From the IMG/VR virus record IMGVR_UViG_3300009161_000003, positions 48,923-112,922 of that record: a DNA stretch of 64,000 nucleotides, one strand, 5' to 3'. Every line of letters starts with the position of its first letter. Within the stretch, counting starts at the first letter, position 1. The notes beneath the pieces are model-generated. The model saw only the letters and a list, made by a program, of their open reading frames with translations, made no database searches and was not told where the DNA came from. Origin of the DNA: a virus. Position numbers and translations under genes: made by a program. Of this stretch, positions 37,401 to 46,606 are shown piece after piece.

Positions 37401-40400
37401 GTTTCATATTCCCCTCTTAATTTTTCTGCCTCTACAAGTTTTCCTTCTGATTCAAGTAATTGTATTTTCTTTTGATTTTCAAGATCATAAGAATCTAAAA
37501 GTTCTTGACTTTGTTCTAAAGCAATTTTTTGCATTGCAACGGATGCTCCAGTTGATTTTGCAATTCTATCATTTCTTTGTTTGGCTCCTATTATTGCTCC
37601 TCCTATTCCGCCAATAATAGTTCCAGCAACGGCTCCAATAGCAGTTCCTATTAATGGAACAATACTACCAACTATTGCACCTGCTGCTGCGCCAGCGCCC
37701 ATACCAGCAGCAACACTACCTACCCCAATTACAATATCTTTTGGATTTTTTTTAAAACTTCCTGAAGCATTTGCTGCATTAGATGCAATATCCATTCTGG
37801 TTTTACTATCTTGAATAAGTTGTGTTTTAATTGTTAAAGGATCTTTAAGAAGGTTTTCACCTTTTGGTCCAAATAAATCAATTAGTTTGGCGTTTACAGT
37901 TATGCCAAGTGCTCTATCACCCATTGCTTCACCAATATTTGCAGCAACACTTCTTGCTTGTGCTGGTGTCATAATTCCGCTAGATATTGCTGTTGCAAGT
38001 TGAGCAGTTAATTCGCTTTGTGCAAGTTGTTGTCCACCTGGGCCGCCATCTTTTATTCTTTGTCCAAAATCTTTAACCATTTGTTGTCCTTTTTCACCTT
38101 CAACAAATGATTCTCCAAATGTTTTTTTGCCTGTTTTAATTTGAAATTGAGATAGTTTATCATTTCTTCTTCTATCCATAATTTCTCTTGCAGAAACTTT
38201 TCCAGTTGTTTCTGCTAGTTCTTTCATAGATTTTGCCCCTGCGCCCATATTAACTGTTGTCTCTATTGTTTTCTTTAATAATGCTTCATTTGATTTCTTT
38301 AAAATAAAATATGTTGCAGCAAGTCCAACAATTCCTACTGCTAGCGCACTCTTTGGTCCTTGAATCATTGTCATGGCCATTGTTGCTGCAGTTAATCCAC
38401 CCAAGGCTCCTTGATATTTTTGAGCAGTTTCATTACCCATCATACCTAGTGCCATGTTTCCCATCATAACTGTTGACATTGCCATGCTAGAACGTTGCAT
38501 CATTTTTTGGCTTCTTGCCTGTTGTGCTGCCCTTGTTTGTTCATCTACAGGTGCAGAAGATTTGTTAAAATTAAATCTAGATTTTTGTGTTTTTTCTTCT
38601 TCGTTTGTCAGTGCTTGAGCCCTTGCTTTTGATGCTGCAATTGTTGCTGCCTTTGATGCTGCAGTTGCTTTTTTTGTTTTGTTACTTTTAGAACGAATGT
38701 CACCAGTTTTCCTGTATTGAATATTTCCAGAATTCATTGCTTGAAGAATTGGACCATGTTTTTGTGTTGCTGCTTTATTTACTACAAACTCTCCAGGTGT
38801 TAGTAATGCTGGTACAGTGTCCTTTTCTCCATACCCTGGAACTGAACCACCAGACGCAAATTTCTTTGCTGTACTAAAATTTTTAAATCCGATTCCTTGT
38901 CTCATTTTTAAATAGTTATAAATCATATTTGGTGCTCTTAACATTTTTTGATGTGATTCTGGTAGTAAATCAAAATCTTTTTGGCTTCTAGGGAAAAGCC
39001 CCATAAGAGCAGTAGCATTAGGAGATTTAGCAATCATTGCATTTGCTGCTTTGACAACGTGAGAACTAATACCACCAATTTGTTTTAATCTTGCCACTCC
39101 TTTGTTAGGATCTACCTTACCTCTAGATGTCATTCCTTTATCTGCAGATCTTCCTGCTCTGTAATCGCTTGCAGCAAGTTTAACTATATTTTTTGTTATA
39201 TCTGCTGTACTATTTCCTTGAATAGCCATAAAACGTTTGTATAGTCTTTTATAGGTTGGACCATTTATGCCTTCTCCTTCAGACATTGCACCAGCAAGGG
39301 CATATCTCATTCCCATTTCTTTTTTCCATTTAGTAGGATTTGAATGTATTTTTAAATTAGTGTCAAGATCTGCTAAGGCCATTTTCATAAATTTAGTATC
39401 TTGTTCTAATTTTATTGCACTTTGTTTATTAGGTGGTTGTGGTGGTCTTGATGTAAGTTCTGCTAATCTATTTTCAATACTTTTCTTTGATTTTACTGCA
39501 TCTTGATAAGTTAAAGGATATGGTTTTGCAACATCAAGGCCACTTTGTTCACTAATTTGATTATAGCCGTGATTTCCTAAAATAGTAAAACCACTGTCAA
39601 TCTTTTTTCCAAACTTTGAACCAGCAGCAGTATGTAAGTTTGAATCTTTTCCACTTGTAAAATGTAATTTTTCTAAAGAGTTTAAGGTTGGATCATATTC
39701 TCCTCTTAATCTAAAACCTCTAGAAACCAATATTTTTCTAAATGCTGGATCTTTAATTGAAACTCTATGACCCTTTTCTCCTGGTCTTTGAACGGGTTGA
39801 GTTGTTGGTTTTTTAATGTTTTGAGTTTTTCCTTCAGCGTGTATTTTATGAATTTCTTTCCAGTTAATCTTCTTAGCGTCTTCAACTCTTTGAACCATCT
39901 GAGAGTAAGCAACTTTTTCTTCTGGGTTAAGATTAAAAGACCCAATAGAAGATTTTAATTTAGGAAGAACTCTATCTAATTCTTGTATCATTGCTTTTTC
40001 ATATTGTGCAGGAGTCATTGATTGTGCTATTGATCTTGTTGCATCAGCAAAGTATCTTTTTGCCCCACCTTTTACTCCTAGGAAGTTTACCATTGCTTGA
40101 TCTTTTACTGGAAGCATTCCTCCAAAGTTTCTTTTTCCAGATGCAGTTCCAAAAACTCCAGCAGGCCCTACGTCAGCAAGAATACTTCCAGACAAATTTG
40201 ATTTTGATAAATCTTTGTCTCCTCTAACAACAGAAGCAACTGCCTGCTTAACAAAATCAGATTTTGTAAATTCACCACTCATTGCTGCAAATCTTGGATC
40301 AAACTTAGACTCTAGAACTATTAACCTTCTACTTGGATTATTTGGATCAACCATTGTGGATAACTTTTGTTCTGGTGAAACTAATCCATGAACATCTCTT

Positions 40401-42967
40401 GCAATTGTTGTTCCACGCATTTCTGCTAAAGCAGATTTTTCATCTAAGAATGGTTTAACAAAAACTTTAGATCCGTCTGGTCTTTCATAAATACCACCAA
40501 TTCCAGGAACTGGAAAACTTCTTCCACTTGATTCTGCAACTAACTTTCCAAAGTTTTTTGGTCTAACTTTACCAAGATTACTATTTTTAACTTCATTATC
40601 AATTTCATCTAATACTGCATCTTGTTGTCTTACATCTTGAACTTGTTTAAAATTATTAGGCATTCCTAAAAATAATTTTTTCTTTTCTGCTTGTGCTTTT
40701 TGTTTTGCAACAAGTGCTTTAGCATATTCTATTGATCCTACACGGAATTGTGGTAATGTTGGATCATATCTTGGTCCACCCTTTATTTCTCCAGCATAAG
40801 GATCTCCTCCAGTTCCATTACCACGTAAAACAAATCCACCTTTATTTAATCTTTGTAAAAATCCTTTATTTTCTTGTGCTGCGTCTTTTGTTACAACAAA
40901 TTCTCCTGGAGTTAATACTGCTGGAACTGTATCTTTATTTCCCGTTCCAGGAACAAAACCTCCTGATGCAAATTTTTTTGGACCTAATCCGCCCTTCATC
41001 ATTCCTGGATTTATTCTTGCAAAATTTATTCCTGCAACGTTTGCTTTTTGGTATGCTGCTGCCAAAGCGGTTGCTGCTGCAGTTTCTGCTGTAAATGTTT
41101 GAATTAATCTTGAGTGTGATTGATTAAGGGCTGTAGCAACTGTTGCTGCTTCAATTTGTTCAGAAGACATGTATCTAGTTTGATTACCTAAAAAGTTAGA
41201 TTCTTTTCCTAATCCTAAAAATCCATTTCTTAGTGTTAAAAATAATTTAATTATATTTGCTGCACCGTTGGCAATTAAACCAAAGGTCATGAGCAATGCT
41301 GGTCCTACTAATCCAACTGCTCCAATTAACATTACAATTGCTTTTTTACTTCCATCTCCAAGCCCGTTAAATTTTTCTAATATTTTTCCAATAAATTCTA
41401 CAATAGGAGTTATTGCTTTAAGGAATTGTTGTCCAACTGGAGCAAGCGAAACTTTAAGGTTTTCTAATGATTTTTTAAATTTAGTTCCAGTTGCATTTTC
41501 TACTTTTGCAAGTTCTCTTTCTGAAAGAATTGCAAGTTCTTCTATTGATGCTCCTGCTAAATCTAGTGTCTTTGAAGCCTGTGTTCCACTTTGTGTAACG
41601 TTTTGAAATAATGTTGATAAACGTGAAAATTGAAACTTGCCAAACAATTGTTCAATGGCTCTTGATCTTTCTAGTGGAGCAAGTGTATCGAGTGCTTGTG
41701 CAAACTGGATAACAGTATCTTTAATATTACCTTTGTTTGATTCAACAATTCCATTAATGTTAATGCCTAAATCTAAAAGAAACGCTGATGCTTTCTTTGA
41801 TGGATTAATTAATGATGCAAGACCAGATTTTAGTGCGTTAGCACCTTCTGAAGCATTGATTCCACCTTCTTTCATTGCAGTCATAAAGAATGCAAGATCT
41901 TCAACATCTCCACCAAGTTGACGAATAACTGGTCCTGCTTTAGGAACTGCTATAGTCAAGTCTTCAATATTTAAAACTGTTTGGTTTTCTACAGCGTTAA
42001 GAAAATCAATTTTACCTTTTAATTTATCTGCTTGTATTCCAAATGCATTTGTTAATGATATGGTAGTTTTTAAAGCATCTGCTTGTTCAACGCCACCAAG
42101 AACGGCAAGCCTTGTTGCTTCCGCAACTTGCGCCATTAAATCAGAACCCATCTTTCCGGTAGCAGCAGCGTCTGCAGCCATCTCCATTGTTTTCTCAACA
42201 GCAACGCCATACTTTGTAAATGATAAGGCTAATAGTTGTACTTCTTTTAATGCTTTTTCTGCTTCTCCAGAAGTTGTAAACATTTCTCCATATACACGTT
42301 TAAATCTAACTGCTTGTTTTTCCAAAGCCATAAATGTTTTTCCTGCTGTTGTTCCAAGCATTGTTAGTGGAACGGTAAAACCAACCATCAACTGACGTCC
42401 AGCCCATTGAGTATTTTTACCAAAGTTTAATAGGTTAGTAGAACCTTGTTTTAATAGTTGTCCAAATAATTGTTGTTTCTGTGCAGCAATAGCAGTCTTT
42501 GTTGCTAAATGATCCATGTCTAATGCAAGCGGTCTTACTGCTATTGATTGAATTGCACCGTTTGCTGTTCTACCCATTTTAATATATTGGGTCTGCATTG
42601 TTTTAAGACGTTCTTCTGATACCTTGCCAATTGTGTCATACTCTTGTTTGAAAAGCCTACTAAATGTTTTTGTTGCACCACCAGCATATCTAAAATATTC
42701 TCTAGTGGAAAACTTGTTTCTTTCTAATGAATCGGTAAAACTGTCAGCAGAACTTTTTATTGTCGTAAGACCTGCTGAAAACTTTCCAGTAGCATTTACT
42801 GAATTTATAAGATTGCTTTGTAGATTTGCTTGTGCTTTCGCAGCAGCGGAACTTGTAGTTGCAACTGAAGCATGAAAATTTGCAAGTTGTCTTTGAAGTG
42901 CTTTTAATTGTCCAAGTGCTTGAGAGGCGTCGAGATTAACCTCAATATTGGATTGTACATCAGCCAC
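34478..42967 (-). CDS. Tape measure protein (TP901-like core) with an inserted kinase-like cargo region
   Basis: 2829 aa, Ala/Gly/Lys-rich and helical, with hydrophobic segments; follows the tail chaperones; three GG..PG.G..DTVPA.LTPGE(F/Y)VV repeats. Confidence 0.92.
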   Translation of the reverse strand: MADVQSNIEVNLDASQALGQLKALQRQLANFHASVATTSSAAAKAQANLQSNLINSVNATGKFSAGLTTIKSSADSFTDSLERNKFSTREYFRYAGGATKTFSRLFKQEYDTIGKVSEERLKTMQTQYIKMGRTANGAIQSIAVRPLALDMDHLATKTAIAAQKQQLFGQLLKQGSTNLLNFGKNTQWAGRQLMVGFTVPLTMLGTTAGKTFMALEKQAVRFKRVYGEMFTTSGEAEKALKEVQLLALSFTKYGVAVEKTMEMAADAAATGKMGSDLMAQVAEATRLAVLGGVEQADALKTTISLTNAFGIQADKLKGKIDFLNAVENQTVLNIEDLTIAVPKAGPVIRQLGGDVEDLAFFMTAMKEGGINASEGANALKSGLASLINPSKKASAFLLDLGININGIVESNKGNIKDTVIQFAQALDTLAPLERSRAIEQLFGKFQFSRLSTLFQNVTQSGTQASKTLDLAGASIEELAILSERELAKVENATGTKFKKSLENLKVSLAPVGQQFLKAITPIVEFIGKILEKFNGLGDGSKKAIVMLIGAVGLVGPALLMTFGLIANGAANIIKLFLTLRNGFLGLGKESNFLGNQTRYMSSEQIEAATVATALNQSHSRLIQTFTAETAAATALAAAYQKANVAGINFARINPGMMKGGLGPKKFASGGFVPGTGNKDTVPAVLTPGEFVVTKDAAQENKGFLQRLNKGGFVLRGNGTGGDPYAGEIKGGPRYDPTLPQFRVGSIEYAKALVAKQKAQAEKKKLFLGMPNNFKQVQDVRQQDAVLDEIDNEVKNSNLGKVRPKNFGKLVAESSGRSFPVPGIGGIYERPDGSKVFVKPFLDEKSALAEMRGTTIARDVHGLVSPEQKLSTMVDPNNPSRRLIVLESKFDPRFAAMSGEFTKSDFVKQAVASVVRGDKDLSKSNLSGSILADVGPAGVFGTASGKRNFGGMLPVKDQAMVNFLGVKGGAKRYFADATRSIAQSMTPAQYEKAMIQELDRVLPKLKSSIGSFNLNPEEKVAYSQMVQRVEDAKKINWKEIHKIHAEGKTQNIKKPTTQPVQRPGEKGHRVSIKDPAFRKILVSRGFRLRGEYDPTLNSLEKLHFTSGKDSNLHTAAGSKFGKKIDSGFTILGNHGYNQISEQSGLDVAKPYPLTYQDAVKSKKSIENRLAELTSRPPQPPNKQSAIKLEQDTKFMKMALADLDTNLKIHSNPTKWKKEMGMRYALAGAMSEGEGINGPTYKRLYKRFMAIQGNSTADITKNIVKLAASDYRAGRSADKGMTSRGKVDPNKGVARLKQIGGISSHVVKAANAMIAKSPNATALMGLFPRSQKDFDLLPESHQKMLRAPNMIYNYLKMRQGIGFKNFSTAKKFASGGSVPGYGEKDTVPALLTPGEFVVNKAATQKHGPILQAMNSGNIQYRKTGDIRSKSNKTKKATAASKAATIAASKARAQALTNEEEKTQKSRFNFNKSSAPVDEQTRAAQQARSQKMMQRSSMAMSTVMMGNMALGMMGNETAQKYQGALGGLTAATMAMTMIQGPKSALAVGIVGLAATYFILKKSNEALLKKTIETTVNMGAGAKSMKELAETTGKVSAREIMDRRRNDKLSQFQIKTGKKTFGESFVEGEKGQQMVKDFGQRIKDGGPGGQQLAQSELTAQLATAISSGIMTPAQARSVAANIGEAMGDRALGITVNAKLIDLFGPKGENLLKDPLTIKTQLIQDSKTRMDIASNAANASGSFKKNPKDIVIGVGSVAAGMGAGAAAGAIVGSIVPLIGTAIGAVAGTIIGGIGGAIIGAKQRNDRIAKSTGASVAMQKIALEQSQELLDSYDLENQKKIQLLESEGKLVEAEKLRGEYETGRIKLLATNASLNTDILNSYKKASDGKVQTLLLKGARSAAIDKYKGTALAPVAEEASKQIQSLGLNKEHEYLINMQLSSGQMDPMQVLNMVDMFTGDKAGAQKFMDITTRFGAVVGNEAMAVASMFTEKGTGKDLDQIQKDLVLSVHGKTPEEAQKLIDFYGTLGKMGTVLDMEVIGNYVEKNKLGAAALQTTIAQIQKQKGKIDMKVTTKLLGANPKALSALNTDLEYYNKLPDEQKKIYMTALVTTTETIDLNSQDVKNFMGEKGLTFNKNKVGTLTGDAKDRKFNPKGYKKSVKLTTAKQVTDLMATDKANKITEAAKDASKAFKPGKKGGGGERDTTYDDTLKKLKLVQNSTINAIGGAEELKKVMGKNASITQFKGIDQKLMADGKVSRDFLDFVDAMSPQGLQEDLAKITTGAGTASMKLTELGNALNKAFTAIKLGEYQTQLTDKIAGIKNQVGAMSVLRNAGFSYAQAMELASDQTIALAIANKELSPAQLKELLTQTEELTAAQKQYDNAQKIALMDEMDGQVARFNIVEKFVALQEKLIENQYVLEQSKLETKQNDNNYNLDLISRQEDKINETYDKQISALEEINALAEKNNQLISTKMSIADALAKGDISAASSAMQDYRNAKIQQVAKTRMEALQKAKTNALESVTSPNGLTRVQIEADNKVIADRLSDITNNIRLAKDKLDLTLKDTLGLTRVEIAAAGSAIKLALEAGIDPNDSKFLGNILKNVKGDADSTILALTDVTKSIQAADAAMKAAKAELGTKGNTTFADQKAEDAIKAKEAAAAQAAAQAAAATLVSAAPAPALDWATQFGRYLGGVGDMPKKQTAPKTSSYNPLNYLGIPGFTGAMGGMVPKYMASGGLARGTDTVPAMLTPGEYVVNKKATQSFGPLLGAINSPTFTTPEAMSSIKNLSGSQTEVNNSKTLYNYNLSVNVSNSNANPNDIARTVINQIKMIENQRIRGY

Positions 42968-42990
42968 TCATAGCACCTCTTTACTTTATT

Positions 42991-43308
42991 TTATATATTA
43001 ATTAAAGCACTATCTGACATGTTTGTTCCAGATGCTGCTTCAATAATTTTGTAAACTGTAGGTAAGTCTAGATTTTCCTCAAGAGACTTTAGGTCTTCTG
43101 ATAAATCAGGCTTATACTGTTGCATAGCAATTTGAACACATTCCATAAGAATACTCATTGACTTATCGTTGTCTTCTGCTACTGCTGCAATACCCTCAAA
43201 TTTCTTCATAAAAGGACGGAGTAGGGAAATCTTTAAAGGTCTAACTGAAACCTTTGTTCCGTCAATAAGAACTACAACGTTCTCATCTGCCTTTGTTGCT
43301 GCTGCCAT
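42991..43308 (-). CDS. Tail assembly chaperone (G-like, short form)
   Basis: Directly upstream of the TMP; homologous to the N-half of 43354..44073. Confidence 0.65.
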   Translation of the reverse strand: MAAATKADENVVVLIDGTKVSVRPLKISLLRPFMKKFEGIAAVAEDNDKSMSILMECVQIAMQQYKPDLSEDLKSLEENLDLPTVYKIIEAASGTNMSDSALINI

Positions 43309-43353
43309 TTGTTTCTCCTTTTGTTAAGTTAGTTAATTATATCACGAATAGGT

Positions 43354-44073
43354 TTATTTTTTAGTTAAATCTTCGTAATCTAAGCCCATTCCAATACCAA
43401 ACCCTGCTCTTGCTGCATTAGGACCTTGTAAAGACAATACATCGTTACCATCACTTGTTTGTCCACCACTGAAGACTCTTGCTTTCATGTCTTCCCATTC
43501 TTTTTGTCCCCTGCCATTTTCTGAATTTTTATCTAAATCTACTCCTTGAATTGCTGCTAAAAACTTTTTTTCTTCATAGTCTAAATCTCTTCTTGAGGAC
43601 AAGGTTTGCATTAATTCTGGAATAGAAAGAGATGCCTCTAACTCTTCATAGTTTTTCCATATGCCTAAAGTAAAAACCTCTGACTCTAGTTTTGCTAAAT
43701 CTAATTCAAACCAACCTTCATCTTTATCTTTTGAAATTTCTTTAATTGGTTTTATTTCTTTCTTATCAAGGTCTTCACCTTCTTTATTTTTTTGTTTTAT
43801 GTTAATTCCCGCAGCAATTTCAATAATATCGTATAGAGTATTAAGATCAATGTGTTCATCTAAATCTAAAAACAAATCTGGACTATATTGTTTCATGCAT
43901 ATTCTACAACATTCCAACAAAATATCAATAGATTCTTCATCATTTTGTGATTTTTCAAGAAGGACAAATATATCCATAAACTCTCTCATATATTTAATCT
44001 TTAAAGGAGAGCACTCAAGAACTTGATTGTTTAATAATACAATTTGAGATGTTTTAAAAACTTTTGTAGCCAT
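43354..44073 (-). CDS. Tail assembly chaperone (GT-like, long form)
   Basis: Between major tail and TMP. N-half PLKI...R.FM...QY.PDL...DL.T.Y.IIE.A.G matches 42991..43308; has an extra C-terminal domain. Confidence 0.6.
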   Translation of the reverse strand: MATKVFKTSQIVLLNNQVLECSPLKIKYMREFMDIFVLLEKSQNDEESIDILLECCRICMKQYSPDLFLDLDEHIDLNTLYDIIEIAAGINIKQKNKEGEDLDKKEIKPIKEISKDKDEGWFELDLAKLESEVFTLGIWKNYEELEASLSIPELMQTLSSRRDLDYEEKKFLAAIQGVDLDKNSENGRGQKEWEDMKARVFSGGQTSDGNDVLSLQGPNAARAGFGIGMGLDYEDLTKK

Positions 44074-44090
44074 TAGTTAATTTTAGCATA

Positions 44091-44140
44091 AAACAATAAA
44101 ACCCACTCCCGTTATGAGAGTGGGTTATTGTTTACTTTTT
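44091..44140 (-). terminator. Rho-independent terminator after the major tail gene
   Basis: AAACAATAA-AACCCACTC...GAGTGGGTT-ATTGTTT long inverted repeat with T tracts on both strands. Confidence 0.8.
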
Positions 44141-44142
44141 AC

Positions 44143-44808
44143 TTAGGCTCCGATGTAGTTTGTGCCAGATCCATCATAGTAGGTACGATCAACGATCTTA
44201 CCATATGTTGCTGTTGTGTCATCTGGAAGCATACGGAATGAAACTTCAAACATAGAAGCCTCTTCACGCTTTGCTGAAACTGTAACGGCCTCAATTGAAA
44301 GAGCACGGTATCCAACATAGACACGCTCTACTGAGTCAGACTTATCGCCATCACCAGTTCCTGGACCTACTGCAACAAGACCACGCTCAAGTGGTACTTC
44401 TCCAATGTCTCCTGCTGATAGTTGAAGGGTACGACCTGCTGATGTGTTCTTTGTTCCAGTTAATGCTGTATCTTTTCCTGCGGTTGCAAGAAGTAAATTT
44501 TCTAATGTTGCTTCGGCGAAAGCGGTAGCAAGAGTAACTTGCATTCCCTGCTTGTATAGTTTAGCAACGTCAAGAACCTGATCTACGGCTACCTCGCCGA
44601 AATCTGGTGTGAAGGTCAATTCAAGACCATTCATTGTGTATCCTACGTTGTCAAAATTTGGATTTGCTGACAAGGTGGACTTATAAGATTCTGAAGATAC
44701 AAATGCAGGAACTGCATGTGCGCCTGTTGGTGTAAGTTTGTAGTCTGCAACGAAAATTGCTGCTGCACCTACGATAATATTTGTGGATGTACCACGTGAA
44801 TATGCCAT
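44143..44808 (-). CDS. Major tail (tube) protein
   Basis: NIIVGAA, VGYT..G.E, V.VDQ and EATLENL motifs; own promoter, SD and terminator. Confidence 0.8.
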   Translation of the reverse strand: MAYSRGTSTNIIVGAAAIFVADYKLTPTGAHAVPAFVSSESYKSTLSANPNFDNVGYTMNGLELTFTPDFGEVAVDQVLDVAKLYKQGMQVTLATAFAEATLENLLLATAGKDTALTGTKNTSAGRTLQLSAGDIGEVPLERGLVAVGPGTGDGDKSDSVERVYVGYRALSIEAVTVSAKREEASMFEVSFRMLPDDTTATYGKIVDRTYYDGSGTNYIGA

Positions 44809-44893
44809 ATTTAACTCCCTTTTTCAATTTTTTTTCTATATTAAGTTATCAAAGCATTACTAATGCCTTCTCTAAACTATTATATCAGCCTTT

Positions 44894-45481
44894 TTATGTA
44901 TAATATGGGGCTGGGTCATTTATAGTATGATAGTCATACTCAATAATAAATTTATTTAAAGTCAGTCCTCGCAGAGAAGAAAGTTCTGTTAAATCTCTAA
45001 CCTCTTCTAGTTGATAGACCTTGATATCATGAAAATATACATTTCTAATTAAGGGCACTGTTAAGTCTAAAAGAGGAGAGTCTCCATCTTGTTTTTTCAT
45101 TGTCCACCTATTTAGGTCTTCTGCTGCTGCATCTGATCTATCTAATAATTGAGATAAAATTGTGCTAACATCTAAAATTTTGCTGGGAGTTGAATATACA
45201 TAATATAATAACTGCTCACACCTAAGAGGATACAAACCACTTCTTCTATATCTAATAAGTCTGTCATATTGGACAATTACATCTGGCTGTGTATTTAATG
45301 CAATTCCTTCATCGTCATATTGTGTTGGTATGTCCACTCTGTTTTTACTTAAATCATCAATTGCTGCTGCATTAGATGGTATTGTTAAAACACTAAAGCC
45401 ATATTCATTTAATGCTGCTTGAATAAAAGCATTTATCCAGATTGGTGGAAAAGGTAGATTTACTACATCTTTGGTTGCCAT
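44894..45481 (-). CDS. Putative tail terminator/completion protein
   Basis: Position immediately upstream of the major tail gene. Confidence 0.5.
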   Translation of the reverse strand: MATKDVVNLPFPPIWINAFIQAALNEYGFSVLTIPSNAAAIDDLSKNRVDIPTQYDDEGIALNTQPDVIVQYDRLIRYRRSGLYPLRCEQLLYYVYSTPSKILDVSTILSQLLDRSDAAAEDLNRWTMKKQDGDSPLLDLTVPLIRNVYFHDIKVYQLEEVRDLTELSSLRGLTLNKFIIEYDYHTINDPAPYYT

Positions 45482-45482
45482 T

Positions 45483-46160
45483 TTACTCTACCCCCACATT
45501 AATGTTTGTAATCCAACGATAGCCAACTTCTCTACCCTTTGATTTTCCAATGTTTGATCCTGCTTGTAAGTTTTTTTTGTATACTTGTGGATTGCTTAAA
45601 TGATCATAAATTCCAGAAGCCCTTAAAAATGTTTGTTTAAAATAATAATTCATAAAGTTATCAAATGTTTTTTCATAAGAACCTTGAACCCAGTCTCCTC
45701 CAGGATTTGAAACATTAACTGGATTTTTTGTAAAAATTTGTTCTCCACCAACATTAAAAGAAAGTACGGAAGCATTTCTTGGTTTAATTACAACTGGTTG
45801 ACCATACTCCATAATTCTTGCCTTGTTATAGAACGGAACCAAAGATCCCTGTTTAATTGATGTTGATTGTTTAAAGTCAGACTTAATAGATAATCCAAGA
45901 TTGCTTACGGTATGTGTAACTTCAAAAAGTCTTTTAGATGCCATTCCAACCTTGCCCCATTCATAAACATGATGCATAGACATTGGATCCATTTTTGCAT
46001 TTGCATCAACAAACATCTTTAATGCTTCTACTGTGTCTCTTCCTAAGTTATTTAAAAATACCGTTTTTCCTTTTTGTGCCCCTTCAAAAAATCCAAAAGA
46101 ATAATCAACAATATTATTCATCTTTTTCATAAATTTTTTATCATCAAATTTAACTTGCAT
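45483..46160 (-). CDS. Putative neck/tail completion protein
   Basis: Position in the head-tail joining cluster; KA.IMEYG motif reminiscent of HK97 gp10-like proteins. Confidence 0.5.
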   Translation of the reverse strand: MQVKFDDKKFMKKMNNIVDYSFGFFEGAQKGKTVFLNNLGRDTVEALKMFVDANAKMDPMSMHHVYEWGKVGMASKRLFEVTHTVSNLGLSIKSDFKQSTSIKQGSLVPFYNKARIMEYGQPVVIKPRNASVLSFNVGGEQIFTKNPVNVSNPGGDWVQGSYEKTFDNFMNYYFKQTFLRASGIYDHLSNPQVYKKNLQAGSNIGKSKGREVGYRWITNINVGVE

Positions 46161-46606
46161 TAGTCAGCCCCACTTTGGTTTTCTGTTCTTCGTAAAACAA
46201 CTTTATAATAATCTATTGTACCAAAAGGGTTTACTACTGGATCATAAGTAGCAATTTCATAAATTGTACCCTTTCCAGAACGCTCTCCAGAAGTTTCTTG
46301 ATATATGAGTTCATCCATACTGTTTCTTATGTTTGTAATAATAATATTTGTAAGTGAATTATTATCTTTATTTGTTGACTTACGAATGTCATTTTTAATT
46401 CTTCCAATAAGCATGTTTTCATTTTTTGTAAAAACCTTTGCCTTAATATCTTCTGCTAATGCAGTTCCTCCTGAAGTAAAATTAACAATAACGCTTTTGT
46501 CAAAAATCCAATTCTTTAAACCAGATCCATACATATCACGTTGAATAGTTGGATAGTATATGTCTGCAATCATTGGATACAAAAAATCTGTTGCTTCGCA
46601 TGACAT
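46160..46606 (-). CDS. Putative head closure (stopper) protein
   Basis: 148-aa beta-rich protein following the adaptor gene. Confidence 0.5.
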   Translation of the reverse strand: MSCEATDFLYPMIADIYYPTIQRDMYGSGLKNWIFDKSVIVNFTSGGTALAEDIKAKVFTKNENMLIGRIKNDIRKSTNKDNNSLTNIIITNIRNSMDELIYQETSGERSGKGTIYEIATYDPVVNPFGTIDYYKVVLRRTENQSGAD

